DNA from: Catajapyx aquilonaris
Taxonomy: Eukaryota
DNA: 64,000 nt
Assembly: GCA_000934665.2 (NCBI GenBank)
Contig: KZ539112.1
Coordinates: 1 to 64,000, forward strand
Direction of reading: 5' to 3'
A program made the translations under genes and the position numbers. Of this stretch, positions 48,075 through 62,400 are shown one piece after another. Within the stretch, counting starts at the first letter, position 1; every line of letters starts with the position of its first letter. The notes beneath the pieces are model-generated. The model was not told the origin of the DNA, made no database searches, and worked only from the letters and a program-made list of their open reading frames with translations.

Positions 48075-51000
48075 ACGGGGTTAGAGAGAGTGAAAAAAAT
48101 ATATAATGTTGGCCTTGGATGAGTCTCCTGGGGCTGGATTGGTTGCCGGCAGGGGTTCTTGTGGGAGAATGAGAGTGAGCTCACTGAGCTGCGCACCTTC
48201 CATCTAACTCACCTCTTCTTATGCCTGCCTGCCCACTTATGCATGCCTACAACATGTCATTTCTTTTTTCCCCCCTCAAGGTCCGGGGAGAGGGCACAAC
48301 AAGTGTCAATAAGACTCCAGCTGAGGCGCGCCTCGAACGCTATTTTGGTTATAAACGCGGCAATAAAATCATACAAGAAATTCCAGAGCCCAACAGAGTG
48401 GGGGGACCAAGCAAAACAAAAACAAAAACCTCAAAAAAATCTGGCGTTCCCGGTTGCTGGGCTTCTGATTAATGAACTTGGTTCATGGAAAGGGGGCTGT
48501 TGACTTGTCGCTAAAAAAAAATTATCCACACTCTGTTGGTAAACATGCCAGAGTAAGAGACCTTAGCGTTCAGTTTACCGTAAGATGAGTAACGCCTTCA
48601 GCGAATACCGAACTTGAGTCGTCAACAAGTAATTAATGCAATCCTCAAAAAGAAAAGAGACGGTCCATATTTTAATCACAGGCTCCGAAATAAAGGTCAG
48701 CCTTGGCCCGTATACACATTTCCATAACAATGCTGGGCTCTCCCGTTTGGAACATTTGACTCTACAACCTATGGAGCTAATCTTGAACGTGCCTTGCAAA
48801 CTTGTAGGGGTGTGCCCAACTATCACCTGAAGGTCTTCTTGCCAATAATTTATTATGTCCAAAATTTCCTATATTTAAAAATGGACCAAACTGAATGGCT
48901 GCAAAGATTATTGTATTTCAAAAGCCGAAGCACATATTGTATTAGGCAGGTTGATCCTCCCTCCAGTCCCCGGGCTGTGTTGCTTATTTGACGAAGTGGG
49001 TCGGGCGCCTTTCCGCAAAAGTGTCAGAAGTATCTCCAGAGGCAATTGAGTTTGGTTAGGAAGAGGAGGAGCCGGGATGGGTGTCCCCAGAGGGCCGGGG
49101 CAGAAGAAGAGGAGGCAGCAGAAAAGGGCCGTAAAGGAGGGAATGGAGCGGTCCCCCGTTGGTGGCGTCCCGATGACTATGCAAACGTCCAGAAGGAAAG
49201 AGCCCTGCTCCATTGCCTTTCATTGCCCGATCAGCACTTGGCCGCGGGAATTGTGGCCATTTAAAATATTGAAAGAGATCCGAGGGACGATTTCCAGGGG
49301 CCATCGGACCGCTCGTTAACCAACAGCCGCCGGTCACGCCAGCAGCCCTTGACCCCTCCGAGGGAGGGAAGGGACATCTCGACGGACATTCCATCCGCCT
49401 GCCATTAATCGGACCCACTCCTCTCTGCCTTCATTCCAATTGGGAAGCACAAACATTTCCAACAGAGCTCTCCAAACTCTCTGGGAGAGAAAAAGGGAGA
49501 AGGAACAAGGGGGAAGAGAGAGGGGGAAAAAAAGAAGCCCGCATTTCTCCAAATTGTATTGCGCCACCAAGACCTCCATTTGGCCCCCTTCCCCATCAGA
49601 ATAAGGGGAGCCGGACGACAAATCCAGAACAGTCTCTCTCTTTTTTGGTGGAAGGGCAAATACTGCAGCTGAGTCTTCTTCTCCTCAAAAAAAAAAATAG
49701 CAAAATTTTTATCTGGTCTACATAATTGCATCCTGTACGTTACACATGTTATTGTGGGCTATAACGTGCTTATGAGCAAGCTCCGACACAACATGTTGGT
49801 TATACTCCAACCGGAAAAGTTGGCCAAGTGCATCCCATAAAAGCTGACAATGTAAGTCTGATAAGAGAAGGGGGGGCTCCAAGCAAGATCTTCACCTTGT
49901 AGTTCCCACCATGGGAAGGATGAGGGGAGTGGAAGAGGAAAAAATGCGGCCCGACCAGATTAATGTCCCGGCTCTCTGGCCGCAACAGGTGTCGCCAGGT
50001 CTATCAGGCTCTTCCTCCTATGCATCAAGACACTTCACAACCGCCAAACTTGGATATACCCAGTACATACACTAAGTAAAATTGTGGAAAAAAATCAGGC
50101 GCGTGCTGGTTACACGGCCATTCATTCCGGCCGTGGCCAGAAAAGAAGAAAAAAAAAGAGCATCATCGCCAGAGCGTGTGCTGGGCACAGAGAAACATCA
50201 TCAGCTGTGAGGGCAGAACGTGCTGCGAATGCCGTTGCCATCATCGCCATGCCGAACGCAGCTTGCATGGGCTTCGGGGCGGGCATGACCCACTCGCCCC
50301 ATATTTTCCTCTTCCCGGCCACGTGCCGCCCATCCACTTCTTCAATGCCGACCGACACCTTTGTCCCCGGCACTTCTCAGGGATGCCATGGGTGCCTCAA
50401 CTTGACACCTTATGGACCCTACGCCCATTTTTCCCCTCCCTCAGCAGTTCTTTCAGAGGTGGTGAGATCAGTCGCGTACTAACTACATAATTGCAAGGCA
50501 TATACAGTACACCTGAGGCAGAGGAGGAGGGATGGAATTCAGAGGTCTGTCGCTTTCCTCCTCCTTCTCCACCTCCACTCCCAAGCACGAACTGGCCAGA
50601 CTACTCACCGCGCGTTGACAGAGCCCTGACTCGAGATGTCCTCCACCGGCGCTTTCCTGCAACGAAACAAACCAGTCAGTTTTTACACTATCATCCTACT
50701 CGTATATTCATTTGACTCTTATGGGAAAAGATGCTCGCTGCTGCAACTAGGCCACGTGGGACACGCGCCCTGCATTCCGTACCGCCTCCAGACTTCACCT
50801 GGTATATACACCCTCCGCCTACCTGCTCATATCATGCTCTCTCGACTCTCAGTTTCACGATTGTCAACATGTAGAAAAAAAAAGCAGGCGTGATTCCACA
50901 TTGTTATCAGGAATCGGGTTTACCGTTTAGCAGGTAGCTCCGGCGAGCTCATTCCCTCAAGGCAGCAGGCGAGCAGCATCCGATCAGCAGCCGAGAAGAA

Positions 51001-53165
51001 GCATCCTCAGCTGGCCTCGCCCCCAGCACACCCCACCCACACACACGCACACCTGCACTAACAATACTCCTATGCATGCCTAGCAATGCGTGCACGCACC
51101 ACCAAGGAGGAGGAGCAGCCAGCCAAATCTTCCGTTGCTCTTCTGCCCTCCAAGACTAAGCGGACTGCCGGACTCTTTTTCTCTCTCTACCCCCTCTCTT
51201 CTCTCCCTGGGCGGCGACGTGGGCCTAGCCCCTCTCCTTCTTTCTCTCTCTCTCTCTCTCCTATCCACCTCCAAGTTTGAAGGTTATGCCGACGACGCCT
51301 CAGGCTGTCTTCAACAACATCCCCTCCCGCCACATTCTCTCACTCAGGTTAGGCCCGGTGCATCATCCTTCTGGTACGCTACCTCCAGATCTCCATCCAT
51401 ACCACTTCTGGTTGCCTAAATTCGCAATGCCTACTGCTCTAAATTGTGGTAAAATTGGATGGCACCAACATTTCTTCTGGCCAAACCTGCAGTCATCTAG
51501 TCAGCCTTCCAAGGTGATCGGGGTGCTGCTTGCTGATGGTAGTATGGCGGCGGTGGTGGTGGTGGCGGCGGTGGTTAACTGGTTGCCCTCACTCCTCCTC
51601 CCATACCCCAGTCAGCCCCCTTCTTCTGATCATACAGCATTTTTGAGGGTGTCCTTGCTCCTCCTCTTGTCTCCGGAAGAATCATTCAATCCGGTGGAAT
51701 CCCAGCGCGGCAGAGATTAAGCGGAGACAAGTGAGAAAAATGGGGCTGCGGGCCAGGGATTTGCACCTGCCACTCAACGATCACATTATAGGGGATCCGG
51801 CTGCTACCGCTCCCGAACATTTCCGATCGATGCCATTGATCCTGGAGGCGGTTACCCTCATGACCAACAACGATCGTATACCTCGTTTTCGCTCCCAGCA
51901 AGACTTGTTGATATCTTTAATTTTACGGCTGACCAACTTATACCAATGGCGGTGTTAAGAAAGTACTGTAATGCATTCGAGCCTATAAAATCATCTCGAG
52001 GAAGTCGTATTTTCTCACGTAACATCCTGTTGGGGCGATCAATTTGTAAACAACTTTTTGCGTCGCAATGCAAGTATTCTAACCACTTCAGGTAGCTACA
52101 CCGATAATGTAATGAGACGACTCATTTATCATCGTAATTAATAAAACGCAACATTATTAATTGAGATCTGGATTTTGAAAAGCAGAAAAATGACAGCTGC
52201 TCCCTTCATAAAAAAAAGCGGAAAAACCAACCGAAACTAGCGGAAAGAGCCAAAAAAAAAACTCTTTTGGGGGCGTCTGAATGCAGTCCAGCGTGACCAA
52301 AGGGCAGGTAAGGCAGCCAATGGCCATCTGCGGGGCCGGACAAGTGGCAGCCAAAGAGACAGGCAGCACACCGCCATGCAGTTGTTACCAACTCGCCATC
52401 CAAAAGTCCCCTTGCTTATTCCTTGTGGGAGCTTCCTCCTTCCCCTAATTATCTGCATGTTTATTATTATTATCACCAAGTCCGCGATGAATGCAGAAAA
52501 GGAGGCGCTCCAGCGTGAATCAGAAAAGAGAGTCATGTCTTGTGGGCTGGATCAGCAGCCCAAGCCAAAGGCTTCCGAGTGATTTGCATACTTTAATGAG
52601 GTTGATGCGCCTCCCATGAGATTTCCCTCCTATTTTGCACTAGCTACCAGAGAGAAAGGGGCCATGGAGAGAGCGAGCTTCAGAGATGGAACATCACGAA
52701 AGCACGAATCCCAAGGAAAAGGTGGGGTTCGTAATTAGGCAGATAGCTCATTAAGACCCGGTCAACTTTATGCCATCAGTTGCAGATGCGACCACTCAGG
52801 TCCCACAGATTTATCTTATGGGGCAGCAAGTACAGTCACGGGTATACAGTAGCAAAGTAGAATAAAAGCCGAAAATAAAGCGGGGCAGGCCAATTATGCG
52901 GCGGGTGAAGAAAAAAACAAAAGGCTGCATGACTGGTGGTGCCGTAGCCTGCAGGCTTCTTATATCCCTCCCCATCACCCCACCCCAGCTCTCTAGAATC
53001 ATCTCTTGTGCAGCTATCTCCTTGTTGCCCGCGGCCACTCCATCCTAGATCTCATATTCTGATTGGGTGCATTATTTTGGATCCCGCTGCTTCTGAATCC
53101 CAGAGCCTGGTTTGCCTAGATGAGAAAAGCGATGAGGTTCTTGGCCGTTGTCTACTTCCCATTTT

Positions 53166-53194
53166 TCCTCCTCCTCCTCCTCCTCCTCCTCCTC
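53166..53194. repeat. (TCC)n microsatellite
   Basis: Read directly. Confidence 0.85.
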
Positions 53195-54661
53195 TTTGGC
53201 TTTTTCTATCTTCCCTTGGAGCAGACAGGCAGGCAGCAGCAGGAAGAAAAGGAAGAGTGGTGGCGATGGGAGACTTATGGCTCCCTATAGGTGGGCCTGT
53301 CCATCCTAGGCGGGGTGCACCTCTCTAATTGCGTCTCTCGCGCCACAGTTCTTGGGCAATCGGTCCGCTTACATTTGCCCAGCCCTATTGGGTCCCCTGC
53401 TCGACACGGACAAAGTGAAGTTGATGGACGCCAGATTGGCACCTTCACCACCTTCTTTCAGGAGGAAACGTCTCCATTGGACTAGTCATGGTGGGCAATG
53501 AGGCTAACGCGGGTGGACATGTGAAGCATGTTGTTCATACTCGGCAAAGGAGTTTTATTAATTGGGGCGCCCAGGGGAGCACATAAATCGGGGTTGGCAG
53601 GCAATTGGCTTGGCGGCCCCGTGCGATTTATCCTCTCGGTCAAGCCATCCGACTGGCCTTTCCTAGCTTTTGCTGGCCGCCATTTGCATGGCGCCAAGGA
53701 CCCCGACTGACCAACCAGAAACCCGAGTGGTAGTCCTACTCACCTCTCCGACCAGCACAGGGGGTCATTCCGGTACCTGCAAGGAACGAGGAATAGCAGT
53801 TAGACTGGGTCATATACAACATCACTTCAAGTAAACCCACCAAACTCAAATGAAATGTGCAGGTTCGCAGATTCTAAGCTGCGCTACAACCTGTTCTTGT
53901 TGGCCAAAGATTAATTTTTATAGCTATGCTGGAGTCGACATTAATATGAGAAATTTTTACTGGCACCAATTGTGTTTTGCCTTCTGGCGCACTAGGGGGA
54001 TTTTTGAAAAGAGGTGGCACTCCTGTAGTGACAGGGTAGCATATTTTTCTTTAATGAGGCGAGATGTGCATCGGTGCAGATAGAGGCAAGATGGGCGGGT
54101 AGAAGCTCCAATCCCCAAGGGCGGGGACGTAAAAGCCGCCGCAGCATCTCGGATAAAAGATTCCATCAGGTCTTGCTCAAAATGCCCTTGCATATATATA
54201 CATACACACACACACTTCCCGTTCGCTATCCTTCTTCTGGGTTAAATTGGAGTGGAAAGGCAAGGCGCGAATTCGTGCAATCGACGTCGATGCGGGTCCC
54301 TTGCACGGCAACCCCTACCTGCCTACCTGGCTACACCCCACTCCCTCCCTCACCTTCCGATAATTGGCCTAAATCATTATCATTCCGCCTGCCCAGGAAG
54401 CCATAACTCATGTCGATCTGCCGCCTTCTCACCTGTCCCAAGGCGCACCTGCATGCCCACCCATCAAACCACCAACCAACCAACCAACTCCCCCAACATG
54501 TGAAAAAAGTCACCTCTCATTTTTATAACCACAATTATTTTTACAAAACCTGTGCTGGCAAAATATGAGGGGGCAGAAATACTAAGTGTCAACATGGTGG
54601 TGCAAAAAAAATTGTGATATTTTCTCATGCGGAGAAGACCTGACGGGTGGAATGGAAAAGA

Positions 54662-54696
54662 ATCATCATCATCATCATCATCCTCATCATCATCAT
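54662..54696. repeat. (ATC)n microsatellite, one interruption
   Basis: Read directly. Confidence 0.85.
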
Positions 54697-56366
54697 ATTC
54701 TGATTCCCGTAGGTTGCCTGCACCGGGGGACCCTGATGTCTGCATGGTGGCCCCGTGGCCCCGGGGACCCCCACAGCCGCAACGCTATTCAGACCGGTTT
54801 GCTTTGCCAGCTGCATTCTTCTGCCGCCGGCCAACCCATCACACACACATAGTCACATACACACTTGTCAGCCACTCCGCAGCAGGCGTCACATAGGCAA
54901 ATGAGCGGGGGAGGGATTACATGGATAAGACATCGCATGCATACCTCACTTCCAAATTCTCCCCCGATATTTCAACATGGTGACATCTACATTATGCACA
55001 AAACTCATGGTCTGCAAATGAAGGCTGACCATAACGGACCCGACCTTCGCAATTGCCAAGTCCTTTTTTTTTGCCATCGACCTGTAGTTCTTGTAGGCTG
55101 GTATCTTAATGGTGTGGGATAACTTGAGGAATGAGAGATGGGGGGTCGAATGATGGGAAGGTAAACATGAGGTTTGGCGACGGTCCCATGATTTCCAGGC
55201 GGGCTCTTTCTCTCTTGTGTTGTTACTTCTCCTCTCCAGAAAGGGCCCAAAGCAAGCAGAGCAGGATTTATGCGCACCTCCCCTCTCCTTGGCAGATACT
55301 TATTGCCACAGGTAGACCAGAAGAAAAGGGGGGAGAAGGTGCAAGGGGGGGGGGGGGGGAANTCCACATACATACACACTCGAAGGACGGCATTCCAGCT
55401 TCATCCATCCAGAAGAAGCCCCCCCTGCCTTCCCTTCTCTCCCTCCCTCTCTCCATCTTTCTCATTCCTCCTCCCGCATCTCCCACGCCACCCCCTCCCC
55501 CCTTTTCAAAATGCGCCGCATCCGCAGGGAAAAGTGCTAATTTATTCATTATTGGCATCAAAACCGCAATTAGGCGAGCATTAAACCCGGTTGGGATACG
55601 GCTATAAAGCACACCCGGTTCATACTATAGCAGTGTGCAGTGCATGCAGGGAATATGTGACCTCACCCCCTCAATTCCATCCCCCCTTCCAATCCCCCCC
55701 CCCTTATATATGTCCCTTCCACACGTGTTTTTAAGTTTATAGACACGCGATAGCTAAACTGGTTAAAAAATATTGTGCTATCATATCATGAGTTATCGAT
55801 GAACATGTGCACAGTCCCGTATACGTCGCAGTAGGCGGCCTGTAAATGAGTAGTTTAATTATTGGTAGGACAGGCTCATAATGTATGCCGTATTACGTAA
55901 TTTATTTTATATCAGTCACTTTACACGTACGAGTTAAACCATTGTTACATGTACATAAAGGAGATATTATAAATCAGTCCCCAGAAATGTACGACGCTAT
56001 AACACATAAGACTCGTACAGTATGGTACAAAAAAAAGGTGATTGTCCATTAGAATATTAACGGTCGAAGCGACTTTCTTCTATATAGTGAGACATCATTT
56101 CCATTACATTTCTCACCCATTAATTATAATTACAACGGTTGCATTTACGCAACACTAGTTTTCTCGGAAAAACAAGCGCGTCTAGTTTTAAAACCTGCTG
56201 TCCTTAACACTTTGATCTCAATAAAACATTTTAATGATGAATTATTACCAAATTACGGCAAATAATAGCTAATTTGCGAACGAATCGCTTTAAACGAACG
56301 CATTGTTGTAACTAACAAATGTGTATATAAAAGTGATTGTACCTAGCTCTTCCCATCCCCCCATTT

Positions 56367-56408
56367 NNNNNNNNNNNNNNNNNNNNNNNNNNNNNNNNNN
56401 NNNNNNNN
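56367..56408. other. Assembly gap (42 N)
   Basis: N run followed by a poly-C tract. Confidence 0.99.
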
Positions 56409-59400
56409 CCCCCCCCCCCCCCCCCGCTCTCTTCCCTCCCCCTGAAGGCAAGGACAAGATAGATGCTATCGGTAGGTGACAAGCGCCCCTGACAACCTCC
56501 TCAGACCGATTTATGTGTTTGTTTCCTCCTCTTTTTCTCCTTCTGGCTGTCTGAAGGGTGGTCTCTGCTGGTGCAGCAGCCAGTGGGGGCCAAAGATGAT
56601 CCGGACTTGAGAAAAAGAAAGAAAGAAAAAAAAAGATATGCTAGAACCAAGAGGCTTAGTAGGGCCATCCGGGGCACCTGGTACGAGGATGAGGATTCCC
56701 CCGGATATTTGTGGCAGGGACTCATTACACATTCCCCGGCAAAAGGAGCGGGCCATTACGACCACATGCCACGCCGACAATTTTACGACACGGGCCGTTC
56801 TCGCCACATGGCACTGCCGCTTACGCTCTTGCCAAGGCCACAGCTTCCCCCTCCCTCCCCATCACCTCCATACCCCCACAAACTCATTTGCATATCCACC
56901 CGGCTTCTGTATGCAAATGGCCCGGGCGAGCCAGGTAAGTATGAGGAGGGGACCGCAGCCTCTCTCTCTCTCTCTTGGCCAAACATTGGGAGCGGCCTCT
57001 TCTCCCAAGCCCAAGCGCCCTCTAGCGATATCCTATACACAAAAAAAAAATTATCTTCCATACATATGGTCATACGCATATATGCTGTCCATTAACACAA
57101 AAAAATGGTAAAGAAGAAGATATTACGAGACGGGTTAAAAAGTGGATTATCGGGATGTGGGATCTTCTGGTTGGCCATCACAGCAGCTCCCGAAAGTATT
57201 ACGCGGCGTCTGCTCAGCCTCCCTCCATCCCCGGCCAACGATGCCTGTAGGCTACAAGACCTGCTCTCTACACATGATAATAATGATGATGATGCTACCA
57301 AGAAGCCCCAAAGAATCCATTCCACCTGATCTCCACATATTCTCACAAATTGCCTGCGCCCACAGCCCACCTTATTACTGTCTGATACCCGTCCTGGGAA
57401 ATCTTGGCCCCTCCCTTTAAGCTTTCAGATTCCACCTGATCCTTTTTTTTTCTCTCTCCCTCAACTCATTTCATAAAGGTCTTTTTGTTGGCTTCAATAT
57501 CTTGTAGTTATGAGCGATCATTTTGGATGCGGTTGGTGTATGAAGCTTTCTCAAGATGGTTGGGGGGTATCTGAGAATCTGAGTGCATTTTGTTTTGCCT
57601 TTCCGGCTAGAGTGGAGATAAGGTTTGGTTGAACTTCTTGTTCGCAAAGCCACGCCGCGAGATTTTCAGAGTCACATGTTGAGATATGCATCAGTAGGCC
57701 GTATTTGGAAGGAATGAGGCAATAAAAACGAAGATACGGAGTTTACACATCCAGGGCTATTCAAGTGCGCCCATCCAAACCAATTTAATTAACTTTAATA
57801 GTTGTGCCAAGTTGGCACTTATACAAGGTGATTCAGTGAATCTTGCTACAAACTGCTTGGCAGTAGCTGTAATGGAGTCTTGAAATATACGAATGCCATT
57901 TGCCAACTAAACTCGAGATATTTGTCAAATACTTGTATATGTAATCTAATTAATTTCTGCCAATATTGTGACAACTTTAAAAAACCACACGTGTGTCATC
58001 TGACACTTTTGTAGGATATATTTATGCAGTGTCATATGGCACAAAGTTCTGTGTCATTCGACACCAAAGGCGTTGACGATATTGCATGACTCGCTTTTGC
58101 GTGTCAGGACATCTATTTCTGCGTCGAAAGTGTGACACTGTTTTGCGTGTAGAAGAGTCAATTGCTTCATAGTGCATAATGTCACACACCTGAGTCGCTG
58201 CTTGAGATACAGCAATGAACAATAAACACATTCGATAAGCCGGACCTTCTTTATAAATAAAAGATAGTTTTGTCTAGGTTATTCACTATACCCAGATAAG
58301 AATACCTGCTTATCAAATATATCAGACAGGAACATAACACTGTATAGTGAGAATTGGCAACTTAGGCTCTCTTCTTTAGAGGGAGGAAAAATGCTGGACA
58401 TGGACCTCGGCCTCCGCCATCCAGAACCGGTTGCTTGGCTCCAGCAGCATGTTTCCATCATCCATCCACAGCCAGCGTTCTCCACATTTGCATCTTTACA
58501 GAGGCACAGGTTGTGGGAGGGAGGGACCCACCTCTCCTTTTCTTTCCCCCNTCCCCCCCCCCCCCCCACCACCACCACTCCTGCTTTGTCACCTCCCTTC
58601 CCCTCTCTGCAGAATCTCTTGGCAGTCACGTGCAAACTGCCATTCGGCTCTTTTTCCCACTTGGCACCTAAGGGTCATCTATCTGTGCTTCTGCTCCGAA
58701 CAACTGCCTTTCAATTAGTTGGTCCACTTTCTCGCCACCCGAGGACAAATCAACGCATTCCACATGGTCTTCTGATTTGATTAATAGATTGGCAGGATTC
58801 GCTCACCTGTAATATAGTGTCCTCAAATAGACGGCAATATCAAATTATTTTTTTTGTGACCTGTTATACAGCAGGGAGTAGCAGACATGATTGGCTCGCC
58901 TTGACGACCAGAATGCATAAACATGCTGTGTTTAGCTTTTTGCGACATAGTTGCAAGGCCGGAATAATTTTATTGGTAGAGGTCAACATGCTAGTAATGA
59001 CAGACCAGCGATAAACGATTATTTGCAATACATGTACCAACGGAGGTATACCGGCTTGCGTTTGTCACGACATGACGGCAGTTCACAGGAACCGCACTCG
59101 CCGCAAAAGGTGTCGACACGTCTGGAGAAATGTCTCCAAGAGACATTCAGAGTGAGAAAAGTGGGGAGATTTTCTCAACGTGCAAACTCGTCTAGAAGTA
59201 AAAGTATGCGTAAAATGCAGAAGGATTAATTAGAGGGGAGAAATGGTAAAGTGGTGCTGAAGCTGCTGGGAATGGGGATGATGACCCTCACCGCTGACTC
59301 CTCATGTATGAAGCGAAGAGTTGGACTCAACCAGCGGAACTTTTTTCAACCAAATTTTTTTATATATATATTCAAGCCTCCATCACCCGGCCCAAAACCA

Positions 59401-62400
59401 TTATTATTCCCCATCTGTGTGTATGTAAAGAGATGTCCGTCCGGGGCGATCCAGAACCTGGCCTATCCAGTAGTTCTACCCCCCTCTCATCATCCAGTAG
59501 CCAAGGGCGTCAGTCATTCGGCAGCAAGGAAGTCAACTTCCGTCCCGGATGTTGTACCCCCCCCCCCCAACCCTCCATTTTGATCCAAATTCCCGCCTAC
59601 GCAACATTAACCACCATCTTGTGCTCCAATATTCATTTTGTCGGTTAATCACCTCTTAATTACGATTATGACCACCTATTTCGTCAGGAACTTGAGAAGG
59701 ACCTGTTGCAGGAAGTGGTACTTAATTTTAACCATAATCAATGACGATCGAGGCAGCTGAGGAAATGGAGGCGGAGGAAGAGGCTTCATGTCAGAAAAAG
59801 GGAACGTGCTGTGAAAGAGAATGCACAAGTGGCAGCAGCACCAGCAGCAACAGAGTGTGACGCCTGCTTTTGTTTCTGTATTCTGGTGTTGCTTCAGGGG
59901 ACTTGAACGCCCGAATCCAGCCCAAACCTATATTCATTTCCCCCCTTAGCCCCACCCCTAGCCCCCCTACTATTCACTCTGCTGACAACTTCTGTTGGAT
60001 TGACTCATCTGGTTTCCCCTCTATCGGAATTTCATCACCCAACCACATTTTTTCTTCTAATTGATGGCCAGTGTTCCCCCAATAGACATCATCTACAAAA
60101 AAAGATGTATCGCGCAAAATATTCCTTACAATAATGTGAAGGTAACGGGGGTTAAATGGTGTGAACCGCCTTGAAATGATCCCTCAAATTATTTTTCTTC
60201 ATTTAGATAAATTACAGCATCACATGGGAACACGTCATGTCAAACACCACGAAACTGCGTGTAAAACCTCCTCAAATTTAAAATGCGACCTACTGCCAAG
60301 TGCTGAATGCCTACCCCTGTGGCAAATCCCACAATTATATGTCCCGCACCTTTTAGCAACGCCGTTCACATATGTTTTAACCCTATAATAACATAACCCC
60401 AAGCCTAGTCAATCTGTAATTTACCTCCGGTTGCAAATAGGAAAATGACACATTGCGTGCCACTTCTGCAGGTCACGCACACCATTTGAAAATCGCATAT
60501 AATCCGTTAGTGCATCAATTGGCTGATTTGCACTGACTACTGAGTAAGCCCATGGGTACAAAAGAGACAGGTGAATACAGTATATTTTGAAAAGAAGGCC
60601 AGGTGGTAGTATCATTTGGAGAAAAGACAGTGAGAGTAGCGGGTCATGTAGATGGGCCAGGAGCACGCGTGACCCAATTGGCCTCGATATCTGGTCCTGA
60701 AGATGTGGTCCGCATACTAAAAACAGCACGGGTACTAATTAGTTGGCGGCTGGGGTGCGGCTGTTGGGCCAATTCCCAAGGGAAGACACCTCTTCCCACA
60801 CACGTACCACCCATTTTATTTTTTTTGTGTGTGTGTGTGTGTTGATTTTCAGAAAATAGGAGGAAGAGGAGGAGGAAAAAGGAGGAGGACTACAGCTTGA
60901 ACATGCTACCACGCATTCGCCAATTTTAGTGGAAACAGCTGCTGGGTTTAGACTGCTACAGCATTCTGCTGCATGCCTGCTAATCCGCTCCTGAATACTA
61001 ATCCGACACTATTATACAGCATTTGCATGTACATATGACACCAGGCGTTGGACATTTCCGGAGGTCGCCTGTTCCCGATCGCCCACTTTGCTCACGGAAT
61101 TGGGGAAACCGGGCAACTGATCTGGCCACCTCATTATCTCTTATCTACTGCCTAGTCTTCCGGCCACGTTTAGCTGTGGGTACTGCCAAACAGTTTCATT
61201 TCTCCAGGGGTTGGCTGTCAACTCTATTGTGACCACGGTGTCACATGGCGCCCAATTAGTATAGTCCGATATGAAAACCGCGCCAGATTGTGGGGTAATT
61301 ATTGTGGTCTTATAGCTACCGAACAACAATTAGTACGCATTGGGTATGCATTAGTAACTACTTTCATTTTTTAAGGATTCATATAGGATTAGTGGTAACC
61401 GGTTCATGCTTGTGGAATATCACCAAAAGGCGCGCTAATTGTTCTTAAGAATTAAGGCCAAGGAGAAACGCTCCGTGGTTTATTTACTGAGAGAGGTGCA
61501 ACATGCCCTTTCTGTGAATATACCAAATACCGGTCGTAAAAGTATCAAAAATACGTCACTAACTTATGCAGCGGGCACACCTATGATGTACAGGGTTCCA
61601 TAAAGAAGCGCAACAAGTCCGAATTCCCTGGTAGCTACCCACGCCAGCTATAACTCAGTGCCGATAAGAGCAGTTTTATACTTCCACACAACATGGGAAG
61701 CCGGAGTTGTAGAGAGATTGTATGGCAGTATACAACATACTATAGCCCTTATCTACAGGTAAAGAAAGTTGATTGATATACGTTGAAAACGCCCATCAAT
61801 ACAAACTTACTGCAAATGAACAGTCATAATGTGTGGTAATCAATGTGGGAATAATATTTTAAGTGATAATGAGTAATTAATGACTGTCAAAACTCAATAA
61901 GACCGTACAATATATTGTTCTCTCTGCCTGATGTTTTCAGTTAATGTATAGTTTTGGTGCAACTTTTCAGCAATATTACTCGGTGGCATAAAATATAAGA
62001 CAAATTTATTAAAATACTGCACTTACCTATTATATTTTTACAGTTCCTTCAATTATATAGAGATGCAGCTGTAGGCTACAGCACTTTGAGACTTGAGTGG
62101 GTCAGTACAGTGTGTAAATCAAAATTATGCTTCCGTGAAGAATGTCAAGCTCCTTTAAACAGCTGCGAGATACAATAAGAAGCAAAAAAATATATATTAC
62201 GAGAGGCTATAGAAGCTTACACCATGTGCTCAAGCCCATCATGAAGAATAAGTTTCTTCATATGCATATACGCTCAATAATTTCATTGGACTTGTCTTCT
62301 TGTCAAACAACGAATTGCTCGTTAAAACGTACACAACTTATTTAATTTTGTGACTTCTCTTGTAACACTTGTCACATTGCCGTATGCATTTTTGCGCAAT

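Noticed and set aside
56571..57111. 174-aa and 157-aa + strand ORFs
   Set aside because: Overlapping frames with A-run-derived lysines and no recognisable homology; typical of GC-rich non-coding DNA.
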